The position numbers and the translations under genes are program-made. The notes under the pieces were generated by a model. It made no database searches, was not told the origin of the DNA, and saw only the letters and a program-made list of their open reading frames with translations. 34,121 nucleotides of DNA, taken from NCBI GenBank assembly GCA_900128395.1, contig LT649352.1, forward strand, positions 1 to 34,121, given 5' to 3'. Of this stretch, positions 1 through 12,600 are shown piece after piece (position 1 is the first letter of the stretch; each line of letters opens with the position of its first letter). The stretch is from Stramenopiles sp. TOSAG23-2 (taxonomy: Eukaryota).

Positions 1-466
1 CATTTCGACCATTATGTTGTGAATTTTTTTTCGTGTGGTGTGTGGGGGGGGGTGTGGTGGGGTGGCCGGACTTCATCGAAAAGTATTCATAAGAGCACCA
101 TGTATTCCTATTAATTAATTAAACAACAAGAAATGGGAACCAACGGAAAAAATGTTGCTTAACGGAATAGCTACAGTAAGGTATTTTAGTATGGGATAGT
201 ATGGTTGTTAGACACAAATAATAATACAAATATTTGAATCTTGAATAGCAATATATGCATTTGTACATATATATAATTACATAATAATATTAAAATTCGA
301 TTGATATAAATTTATAAAATCATCATTATTATTATTCAACAATAATTATAAAGAAACTCAAATCAACAAGTTTTCCAAGGGAAAAAAAGAAAGAGAAAAA
401 ATTCTATTATTAAATATTTATATTAAAGGTTTAATAACAAAAAAAAATTATTTGAAAAATTGCAAC

Positions 467-676
467 ATGAAATATATATATATCATGTTGTGCTTGGCGG
501 GATTGGTAGTTCATTGGCCAATAGCCGTCACATCATCTACGTGGCTTGCAAGCGATTATGCAACCGAAAACTGGTCCAATACTAACATCACTTGCACCCG
601 TAGGAAAATCGCTTTCAGTAACGATTACGACTATTGTAATTATTATGATCTAGTTGCAATTTGTGTATGCAAATAA
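467..676 (+). CDS. Possible small secreted/membrane peptide (69 aa) or first exon of a gene
   Basis: ATG in a gcaacATG context like other genes here; hydrophobic N-terminus MKYIYIMLCLAGLVVHWPIAVTS; two N-glycosylation sequons (NWS, NIT); several Cys; GC higher than flanks. No recognisable family. Confidence 0.3.
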   Translation: MKYIYIMLCLAGLVVHWPIAVTSSTWLASDYATENWSNTNITCTRRKIAFSNDYDYCNYYDLVAICVCK

Positions 677-810
677 CAAAAAAATGTATGGTTTTCGATT
701 TCCGCCTATCAAATTTATACTTGAAGGAAAATTAGAATATGCACATATCTATATATTACCATAATAATAATCTTTCCAAAATCCAAAATCCAAATCCAAA
801 ATATTAAAGT

Positions 811-958
811 TTATTAGGTAAATAGCATTGTTCACCATTTGTATTATTATTAGGTAAAGAGCATAGCATATATCATAATACTAATATTTTAACAATCATA
901 ATTTACGAGGACAATACCAGTATTAATATTATAATATAATATTAGGGAAATAGCATTG
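811..958 (-). promoter_or_regulatory. Three copies of a (CAA)TGCTATTTACCTAATAA-like motif upstream of the giant gene
   Basis: + strand TTATTAGGTAAATAGCATTG (811-830), TTATTAGGTAAAGAGCAT (847-864), TATTAGGGAAATAGCATTG (940-958). Regulatory role is inferred from position only. Confidence 0.45.
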
Positions 959-1276
959 CCACATCTACTTAATATAAATCTGCACGGCACCACGTTGCCA
1001 AAAAATGAATGAAATGAATAAACACGTCTTTTTTTGTTGGTGGTTGTGGAGAGGTGAAAAGTGGCACCAAAAATGATGATGAGATGCAGATGATGATCAA
1101 AAAGAAGTCATTCACAAATACAACAACTAATCGATGCAGCACCGAGAGAAAAAGATATTGATATATATATATATACAAACACAGTTTCCCGCACAAATTA
1201 TATTAAGAAACAAAACATTTAAGACATTATCAATCGTATTGCAAGGAAAGAATCACCAACAACAAGACACAATCCC

Positions 1277-2567
1277 ATGATGTCAAATAATAACCAAGAG
1301 GTAACGACGACGACGACGACAACTAATATTCCACATTTTGAAACAAATAATCAAAATGATGATAATAATAATAATAATAACAATAATACAATAGTTATGA
1401 ACGAGAATAACTCAAATGATATCCCATGCAAATTAGATAAATATTCAGAGCCTGAGATGACAATTGCAAGAATGTTGACAAACTTCAATATGGTTAGTAT
1501 TGCAACGAATGAGAGTTGCCCTATTGTACAACTTGGTGACTTGGTAAAGTCCAGAGGACGTACCATGGTAGGTACGAAACTAGTTCGATGTGATGGTGTA
1601 TTGATTATATCACCTTTGAAATCGTCGGTACCACCTTTATTGACGAAAATGGAATGGGAAAAAATATTAAAAAACATGTGTAATAGTAAATCCATACATC
1701 ATAATAAATCTGTAAAATTATATCGGGAAAAAATGAAACACATTATAAAGCAAACTGGATATAATATTTTTGTTGAACGGCCAATGTCGTTTGAAATATT
1801 ACTTGAGAATTTACAACGTGGTTTCTACGATGAAAGCAATGGACAACGTATATTATATCATGAAGATACTAATGTAACCATGGAGAAATCGAACCCAGGT
1901 ATTAGCAATGATACTGTTGGTAATGATACTAGTAAAGCCATTTTTGATTATTGGAATATCGAAGTGTTACCAAAAGAACAGCGTCCAGTCGATATGTTGT
2001 TTTTACAAGATTTAAATTTACTATGGGAAAATGTTGCTGCATATGATTGCCAATTAAGGCGCACCATGAATACAAGCGTAGCTGATGAAATGTTGATGAT
2101 TGCAAAAAATGTAGAATATGGATTGACCGAAGAGGCCATGAAAGTATGGTTTGAACGGAAAGAAGTATTTAAACCTACCATACAAAATGTAGATAAAGAT
2201 AAAGACACTTTGCAGAAAGCCTACTTGCAATTAATTGATAACATGGTAAATGATCCGCAGTGTGAAATATTTTTGGAACCAGTAGATGTGGAGGGTCTCG
2301 GCTTGATCGATTACAACGATGTTATTAAGAAACCGATGGATTTTAGTACGCTAAGGCAAAATGTCTTAGAAAAAAATGTATATAACAATATCGAAGCATT
2401 TGCATATGACTTACGCTTAATTTTTCAAAATTGCTGCACATATAATCCACCCGATTCTTATTTATGGGTTTTAAGCAGGGTATTGTTGCAACGAACAGAA
2501 CGTGCATTGCTTGCCGTTTTTGGAAGATCAGAACAAATTATGCCATCAATTGCAAAGAAACACGACG

Positions 2568-2604
<37 letters not shown>

Positions 2605-5600
2605 TATTTATTCACCAAACCCACCGCTATTGCCATTTATATCCTTTGAAAACAATTATTTTAATAGTACTACCATTAATAACAGTAATAAAAACAGCAA
2701 TAGTATGAGTAGTATTAGTAGTAATAGTAATAGTAGCAGCAGTACGATGGACAATTTAATTGTAAAATATACATATGAAATCGATCATATTGAAGAGGAA
2801 ACAATAGATTTTGGAAAAGGAGGTGCAAACGGTATATTGTGGATAAAAAGTGGAAATGGAATATATTATGAAATTGCTCATACAGTACATCCAAGTGCTG
2901 GAATGGCAAACATTGAACCATCTCCAATTTACGTTGGCTGCTTTGAAAATTCATTGAAAAATTTAAATTTTACATCAACATTAAAGCAATTGTTATTATT
3001 TTCACTAGTACCGAATGAGATCTCCGAAGGGGGTAGCCGCAAAAGGAAGAAAACAGCAACAACCGACCCTGATGAAATTATTTCCAACGCATTGTCATTG
3101 AATAATTTAGATGAGGATTTTTTAGAAGAGTATGGTGAAATTGTATCCAGCCAAGTACAAGCTTTTAAACATGCGAATAAAAGCATGCAAAATTTGCATC
3201 GATTGGTCTCTTATTTATCTTCAAAAAGTACAGTCCAAGGCAAACGTCAAATGCGAATGCAAGGTAATTTGATTAAGAAGAAAGAATCTGAAAAAGAGAG
3301 GCGAATGCGTTTAAAATTAGAGGACAAGGAAGAAAAAAGGAAGAGGAAGGAACTAGAAAAAATGGCAAAGGTGATTCAAAAAGAAAAGATGCAAAAAATA
3401 AAAGAAGAGAAGAAGCGATTGAAAGAAGAGTTACGTATGGAAAAAATTAATGAAAAGAAACGTAAATTAGAAGAGAAAGAACAAAAGCGTGTGTTGAAAG
3501 AGATGGAAAAAGAAAAGAAGCAGGAGTTAAAACGTTTAAAGAAAGAAAATTTGATGAAAGAGAAAGAGCAAAAAAAATTAATGAAGAAAAAGAAAAAGGA
3601 AAACAAGAATATGCCAAGAACGGACAAGGATGATGATTTAGATTTACTCGAAAAGTTGAAAGCGAATAATACATTACCAAAGCTGATGGAAGATATACCA
3701 ACCCCTGGGTTACTAACAATGTATATAGATCCAGATGTTCGAACTCGACGAGTTTTACAAGAACCTTTAATTGCAAATAAATCAGTGAAAGATGTCGATT
3801 GGAAATCTGAGAAATATTTTACCAATAACTCTTTCCATGGTGTAAGGAAAATCGTGTTGAAGAATAACGAGAGCAATAGTGGGAATACTGGCACATCCTT
3901 TAAGACGATGTACAAGGCAGACTTTGTATATAATCGTAAAAGCACACCCTTGGGTATTTTTTCAACAATAACAGAAGCCGCAAGGGCGTTTGATAAAGCA
4001 GCTTTGAAAAGTTTTGGCCCTCGTGCTAGGTTGAATTTTAATTTTAACAATTACACTAGTGAAGGTGGCGCAACTGCTATTTCCCTATTACGAAATGTTA
4101 GTGACATTATGGGGAACAACAAAGACGGTGATGACCAATTAGGTGATGGTAAAATGGAAATTGATGATGGTAATCATGCTGCTAACAAACTTATTTTGCC
4201 TCGATTAGTCGAGCATTCGTCACCACACCCATTTCATAAGCTCGTAATACCTCCTAATTTACTTGGAAAATGTATGCACGTAGCAGAGTGCTTTGATTTA
4301 TTTAGCAAAGCTTTTAGATTTCCGCATGTAGACATAACTACATTGATCTCGTCTCTATTTTTAGAGACGGTTACAGATAAAAGCAAGAAAGACGCAACTG
4401 TGTTGGGTGAAAAAGGTGAAGTGAATGATTCTATATACAATTCAAATGTTGATTATGATTCACATGTGCTTGGGCAGATGCACATTTTGTTAATGCGTGC
4501 CATTTTCAATCAGCAGCGACAGGACCGGACCGGTTTGTTTTGCAAGGAAAGAATCGAAAAAGCGGAAAAAACATCGAAGAAATCATCACGTCAATGGTTG
4601 TTAGATACTGCCATAAATGAAATGCACGATTTATCCAGTGACATACGTGGCCAAATTGGAATTTATGATGATACTATAAATTTAATGGCAAACCCAAAAC
4701 TTGAAAAAGAGTTTGAAGCGAAGATGCAAGATGCAACGAGGAATAGTAGATACAATAATTACAGTACAAACTATGACTCAAATTATAACATGATGGCTTT
4801 AAAATCTCCTGTCACTAGCAATAATGCATTTAACACTCCCATTAATCGGCAAGAAACGTATAAACGTTCTAATAATTATAATTCTATCAGCAGATTCAAC
4901 ATGATTGAATGCAAAGCGCAAGAAAATGTCGAGAGGGAAATTGAATGGGTTGAAGCAGCAACGGGAGCAGTACATTTTTCACCTTTGACTGCAGCTTTTG
5001 ATAGTACTTGGAATCGTACACATGTAGCATTTGCTCGCAGTTTAAGAGCATTTTTTGAGGCAAGAGGTTTAGATTTCCCTAAAGCACCTGTTTTAAACAG
5101 GGAATCAATTGATATGTATATGTTGTACAGCTGGGTCATCAAACGGGGTGGTTATAGAGCTTTCACTAAAAAGTCAATGTGGAAGGATGCCAGGCCATTT
5201 ATTGATAATTATGTCGAGGATCACGTCCAAGCCCCATATATCCTTAGCCGTAATTATGAAAAATACTTGAAGGATTACGAGGAATTTTACAATGATGGAT
5301 TTGGTAGTACGGAGCAAGCGAGATACATTGGCAATAATTTTTATGGTGCTCCTATCGGAAAACCTTTGACCAATGCAATTGTCTTGCTTAATGCAAAAAA
5401 GTATGATTTTCCTGTAAAAAATGACCCAAATGAAGAGCAAACTATTCAGACACGAGTGGATGAGATGATTGAATCTATGAATGTAGATGCAATTTTTTCA
5501 CACATTGATCAAGATGAATCAAAGGATGAAAAAGGAAAGCCATACAGGAAAGCTATTTTTTTTGATAAATGTAATTTAAGGCCCCCTTTGCATTACTCAT

Positions 5601-6637
5601 CTCCAATGGGATCTTTTGTTAAAGAATGCTTAAACAAAGAAGATAGCAAATCCATGGCTGATTTGTTGAAAGATGTTTCACAGAAATGGGATAATCTAGA
5701 TCTTAAAACACGAAAAACGTATGAAGATTTAGCAACAATTAAAAATCAAAAATACTTCAAAGATAAATGCATATACGATAAGTGCGTCAAGATTTTAGAC
5801 GAAAAGTATCATTCAAAATATGGGAAACTTGATGCAGATGGCAAAATGGAAGTTGAAAGCACAGCTGCCCTTATTGTTTCAACGAGTACTACTAGTACTA
5901 CTAGTACTACCACTACCACCACTACTAGTAGTACTACCCCAATCACGACCACAACTGATACGTCCGTTACCGAATCAATACAAAAGGAAAACACTGAGAA
6001 TAATAATAATAATGAATCAAAGACTATGGAGGACGTTTCAGAAAGTATTGTTGATGAGAACAAGGACGAGATGGACATTGATGAAAGGTTAAAAAATTCA
6101 AATGACAATCAAATTGCAACAGAAAAAGTATTGTTACAAAATGCAAACAAAAATGATATCTCGCCAGTAATTAAGACCGCTCATAGAAAAAATGCTGTTC
6201 ATTATGCCCATATTGAATGTATCCCAAATTTTGATAATTCAATTTTAAATTTACAAACATGGAGCGGCATTTTATCAACATTTGTTAAAGAAATGGATAC
6301 GGCCAAAAGTGAATATGTAAGTGATGATGAAGGAGAAGAAGAACGGCAAAACGTAGGCGTGACCACCTTTGTAGAAACAACAGAGCGAGCATTACAAAGA
6401 AAAAAGAGGAAGAAAATTAAAGATGCACTGGATAATTTACGTTATGTTAGTGAAAAACCTGTTAAAAATAAACCTGTAACATGGGGCGAAAATCTGGTGG
6501 ACGAAAACCACACAGTCATTATAAAACGAAAGAGCATGAATAAAAACCTCGAGCCATATTCAATGGTAAAGTTCCTATTAGAGATGATACTGCTTAGCCC
6601 AGTGAGCGGATTATTTTATGATCGCGAGAATACACAA

Positions 6638-6669
<32 letters not shown>

Positions 6670-9600
6670 AGAGGAAGAAGAAGAGGATGAAGAAGAGGAA
6701 GATGATAAATATTTAATGCATGATTTAGAAAATCTTTACAAAAAGTTTGCTCTTGGATATTACTTAGAACCGTACAATTGTTTAGATGTAGAAACGTTCG
6801 AAAAAGAAGTAAATGAGATATTTGATTCATTTGGAGTTGTGAAGCAGAAAGATGCAAACGCAGATTTGCCAATCATTGAACAAATAGAAATGGCCGATAA
6901 AAGTAAAATTGAAGATGCAAAAGCATTCCAAACGAAGTTACAAATGAACGCTTTGAAGCAGCTTTTTTATAAATATTGGCCTGAAATTAAATTGTTATGC
7001 GTCGAACATGCAAATAAATTGAAGGAATATTACAAAACGTCTTTCCTTGAAGATGATTGCAACGAAGAAGAAATAGATTTATTTGATTTATCATTTGCAC
7101 CTGGCGATCAAGTTCAGACTATATATGGAAAAGGAACGGTTGCGCGTGTTGAAAATAACCTAAAAAAGTTAATCATAGAGTTGGACGATTGGATACTTGC
7201 AAACGAGACACGACCAACATTATTTTGTGATCCATCTCAAGTCACTTTGTTAAAACGTTGTCTTGAAGTCAATAGCAATTCCATTTTCCCGCCTCACAAG
7301 TGGGTAAATATTAAAAAACTCAGCGTCGTTGGCGATGTAATACCCGAAGAAGATGAATTTTATGGCAAAGATGTAGTTCTCGAAGAAACATATGGCATCG
7401 ATTCAAAATATGCCGGCTATGTGGGAAAAGTTCTTGATGCTGGGTTAGATCAAAGATGGAGACGTGTTCAATTGTATCCGACAAGATACCAAAGAATTAG
7501 ACAACAATTGGAATACTACAAGATCCATGACATGACTGAAAACGGTGAAATTCTCACTACATTAGAAAAAAAAAGAATGGAAAGGCAGATGGTGAAAGCA
7601 AAATATGGTGTTTCATTTGAATTTGTAAACAATAATAGCATTCAAAGGATGATCGATAGAAATAAAGATGCAATTTCCAACGGTATGCCTGTTGTTACCT
7701 GGAAACAAGCAGCACTTTCACTTTTACTGCCATACGAAAGTATAACTAAGGAGAAAAAAAGTTATGAGCAAAAAAAAGCAGCAGAAGATAGAGCAAAGGT
7801 TGTGTCAGCAGGTTTGCCTGAATTGAGAGAAGGAATATATAAGAATATGCCGATTTCTAAAATAGTTCGTGATGCTAAAAAGAATATGAAATCTATGGAT
7901 ACTAGTATCAATGATGCAATTAATATAAATGTTGAGATTAATAAGAGAAGGGAAGCCAGTTACAAATCGCTATTTAAGAATATTCTTACATCTTTAATGG
8001 CTACTAAGCCAGGTGCGGTGTTTTGTAGTTCCTTAGATTCCGCAACATTCGGTTACATTTCACCCAGAAAGGAAAACAATGGTACTGAGAATGAAAGTAG
8101 AGTATATGGTTTAAATGATTTAATCGAGAAGCTGGATGATAATAAATACAACATTCACAATGACGAAGATGTAAATAAGGATAGCGGCAATACAAAATCC
8201 ATGCAGGAGCATTTTGTTGGAGATATGAATAGTATATTTTCAAACATTTACAACACTTTCTTTGTTGGTTCGAAAATTGCTATGTGGGGGCAGGAAGCGC
8301 ATATATATTTCAATGAACAGTATACCTTTGCTTGTAGAAAGAGACCGTCATTGTCTATAGCAAAAATATTTGCACCGAAATTGGTAACCATGTCATCAAA
8401 CTGCAATACAATATTGAATGCAGTAGTTTTAATATTGAAAGAGTTAAATTATTTATGTGACGCTATTCAAGAAATATCTTCCAAGTTAAAGAGTGGCGAT
8501 TATACTTCAGCACGTTCTGGGATTAGCTCTACATTTGCAAATGATGTTCGAGAAGCGTTAAAAGAAGCAAATGACGAAGATAAAACTGTTGCATTGGACG
8601 CTCTTTCATGTTTTGATCAAAGATTATTACACATGTGCATTGTTGCTCCCACAAAATATTTTTGGATTGGTGAAAGGATTGTATATCAAGATGGCAGAAA
8701 TAAGGTGTATGGAACTATTGTTGAGTATATTAAGAACTTTGAAGACGAAGATCATACCTATGATCTTGAGGATGAATATTATGGTTTATGCAAGATATTA
8801 CCCGATGGTGTGATAGCAAACGATAATAATTACACTTATTTAGATTTGTGGACGCCATTAACCTGTTTTGAGGCGACAACACAAGTTGATATAGATGACG
8901 AATATGTGCTTTTATATGGAGTAGACTGGCTGTTCGCTAATGACAACAATCATGTATTAGAAAAACAAAAACGTGGAAAAGCAAATCTTGCGAAGGATCG
9001 TTTCCAATACGTTAATTACAAGACTATTTTAGAGAAAGCAGATAATGTTCTTGTTGGACTTCTCCCTAAATTTACAGGTACAGTTACCGATGATGAGATG
9101 GTCCAAGGAAACAAGTTGAAACTATTTAATGTAGAAATGAAGTATCATGAATCAAAAGATATGGATATAATTGATGAGAAAACAATAAATGATTCTACAT
9201 TAGGCGAAAGTTCTTTTGTAATGAACAAGATTGCAGACAAGATATATCAAGAGAGCTATTCTGCACTAAACGCAGCTGAGAAAATTTTGGTGCTGTCCTG
9301 GCTTTGCGATACATTGCTCAATAGTAGCCAAATTCGAGAAGGAATAACAACGGAGTATGAATCTATTCCAGGATCTTTAAAAAGTCAAAAACATTGGATA
9401 CAAAAACGGGCACAAAGACAGCGGAGAGAAACTATGATGAAAAACCTGAAGAAAAAAGCGGATGCTAAGAAGAAAAACGGTAAAACCAAGAAGAAGAAGA
9501 AAGGCGACAGTGAATCTGAAAGCGATGAAGAAGAATCTAGTGATAGTTCAAATGAAAGCAGTGATTCCGATGATGATGAGGAAATGAACGATAAGAAGAA

Positions 9601-12600
9601 AGGTACTTTGAATGGGAAACGCAAGCGGAAAGGAATCGCTGCTACTGCAACTGCAACAGATGGAAATAGTAAGCATCAAACGAAGAAGAAAGCTAAGTTG
9701 TATGCACATAATCCTTACAACGACAAAATAAGAAAAGTTACCGCAAAAACTTTAGGATTAAAAAAACATGATATGGAAATATCAACGGCAGAAAGGTATA
9801 AATTTCATAAAAACGCTGTGAAATTTGAAATTGGATATGCAAAGGAGTTGCTAAAATATCTCAACAAAGAAGGAAACAGTCCAGGAACCTTCCAAGAATA
9901 TGTCGTGAAGGAGGGTAGGACTAAGGAAGATGATGTAATGGAATACGATCCGATGACAGCTTCACGGGACTTTCCACAATCTGATATTCTTTATAAGAAG
10001 CTAGGGATGCAACTGGAAAATGTCGATATAAATGAATTTGGTTCCATGGGATTTTATCGCGGCGCAGGATTTACGGCCGCATGTGACCAGGCTTTAGGTA
10101 TATTGAATAAATTTATTAAACAGAAGACGATACGCAAGGAGATCTATGACATACGTGCCGATTTGCGAACCGAGCAAAATGCGACCGTTACAAATCAGTT
10201 TGAACACCAGGTGTATGTGAATATTTCTAAAGTTCTGAAAAACTGTGGCAAGATATTTTTTAGTTATTTTAATTTATTAGTTGTACCAAGAATTTTGCAA
10301 AAAAAATCGCTTTTGTGGAGGTTACAAGAGATTTTTTTAATAGTCGACTCCGGTAAATGTGGGAAAATGCGAAAAGGTTATATTCAGGATAGTCTTAAAT
10401 CTATTATTGTAGATGATGGAGCCGAATTACCATTGGAACGGTTCACAACGGAGCAGAATGACAGTAAAGGATTGCAACAAGCTAATGCAAACGAAGACGT
10501 TGCTATGAAATGGCGATATGGTGTGCATTGGGCATTTATTCACGACGAGAATACATGCAAAAAACTGTTCAAAATGCGATTTGATTATGTTGACCGTTAT
10601 ATATTTACAGAGCGACAGACTACCCTTTCATCACGGAAACTTTTAAAATATTTAAGACAAGAATATCCGGTTAAAGAAGCGATTGATAAGACTATGTCCA
10701 TGATGAGAAAGCAATACATTGGCGAAGATAGATATTATAATCGATATTGGTACTTTGTTCGTGGGGCAAGCGATCCTTACAGATCCAGCTATATATTTGT
10801 TGAATTATCTACCTTCGGGGCAAAACGGTACCACAGTGCATGGTATGCAGCATCAAATATTATCGGAAAAAGTTCCATAAATGATTTAAACAGTGGCATG
10901 ATGATGCAAATTGAAGATGATGAGAAAGATACGTCATATCTAGCAGGTTCATGGTTCTGTGTAGCTGGTGAAACACAATTAAAACGATTGATGCTTTCTT
11001 TAAACCCAGAAGGCAGAAGAGAATCTAAATTGCTTATTTCTCTAGCGAAACAATACGAACTGTTCATACACGTTTCTAAAAATATTAACCCAACGATATA
11101 TAACCCACGTGTTTCCATGTCAGCGTTTCCACAAGAAATAGTTTCTGTCCAATTAATGTTGAATATAGATGATGGGCATTGTGGTGTAACATTAAAGAGC
11201 ATACCGTGGTTTTTTGGCGGTTGCACGTTTATTGAGATTATTGAGCCAGGTTCTCAACTCCCTGATGTCAGCAACGGTATAACAGAAGTTCAAAGAGTGC
11301 AGTTGGGAGATTTCGTTGTATCAGTTGATGGTGTTAATGTAGAAAATTACACAACTAAAGATATATCAATGTTGATCTTGGACCGATTTGCACTTGCTGC
11401 TACGAAAGGGAAGGATTTTATACGACTCGCAGTGTGGAGAAATGATAAGCAAGTCAATATTGTCAATAGGCCGTTGTTAGCCAGCGCTCCACGTCTAGCC
11501 TACGGGCCTATACAATTAATGCATATTCATTTATTGCGTTGTGAAACGTTTGCATTTAGCGCAATTCATTTGCCAGAGGTACAAGCTATTACAGATAAAT
11601 GGTTATTCATGAATGATACGGATATACATTGGACGTGGCCATGCCTTCGTAATAATTGGCGCAAAAGGTTAATAAGTGCATGTGAAAGTGGTATCTTTAT
11701 AAAACCAAAGGAACTGGCGAAAATGATTGAAGTGTTTGAAGAGGCCTTTGAAACGTTATTACCCCCAGTTAACCTAGGATTTGCAACCCCTGAAGATATG
11801 GAGGAGGCGTATGAAAAGATCACATTTCGAATCAATTCAACAAAGAATGTTGGCCCAGGATTTTACTTGAAAAGGAATTTCGGTTTCTTTGTTGACTTCA
11901 ATGTTTCAAATGATACATTTCCGAAGCCATTTGAATGGAAAAAAGAGTTTGAAAATGTAAAAAATTATACAGACACCGTAAATTTATTAACCTGTGTATG
12001 TACCGAGGTCGGGAGAAGAATAATAAATGCGTTTACATTCAATTCTAAATTACTAGCAATTGAAGACTCTGGAGCAACACATTGGAACTCAACATTTAAA
12101 ATGGAAATTTTGAATTCAGTTAGTAAACAATATGGTTCTATGTTCGATTTTGAAAATAAATCTACGTATGAAAAGCAAGTAAATATTGCATTGAAACATG
12201 TTGCCAATGGTAATAAGAATAGCAGTAATGGCAGTAATAGTAGCAAAGGAACAAAAAAGAGAAATAAAAGAAATTCAAATATATTTGACAAGCAAGGTAA
12301 AGGTATTGATGTTTTAAATTGTATTGATGTAAAACGCAATTCGGATATCGTTAAATATTTCCCGTACTTGCAGAAGCGAAAGAAAACATCATTTATAATA
12401 AATAAAGATGTAGATGGTATTAGCAATGTTGAATACGATTCGGATATCGAGAAAGCTAATCGTGATAATTTAGTCTCAAAATTAGGTGAAGGTGTTTTGC
12501 AAAAGGCAAAAGACTTGGAAAAAAAGATCAAGTACCTTGAGAAACATGGAATGGACAAGATATGGGATTTATGTGGAACAGATATTGACAAGGAACAAGA

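Noticed and set aside
1-65. Possible start of a minus-strand gene (ATG at 12-10) preceded by a CCAC/CCCC-rich tract; G4-like on the + strand
   Set aside because: Only four codons are in the window, so it cannot be supported.
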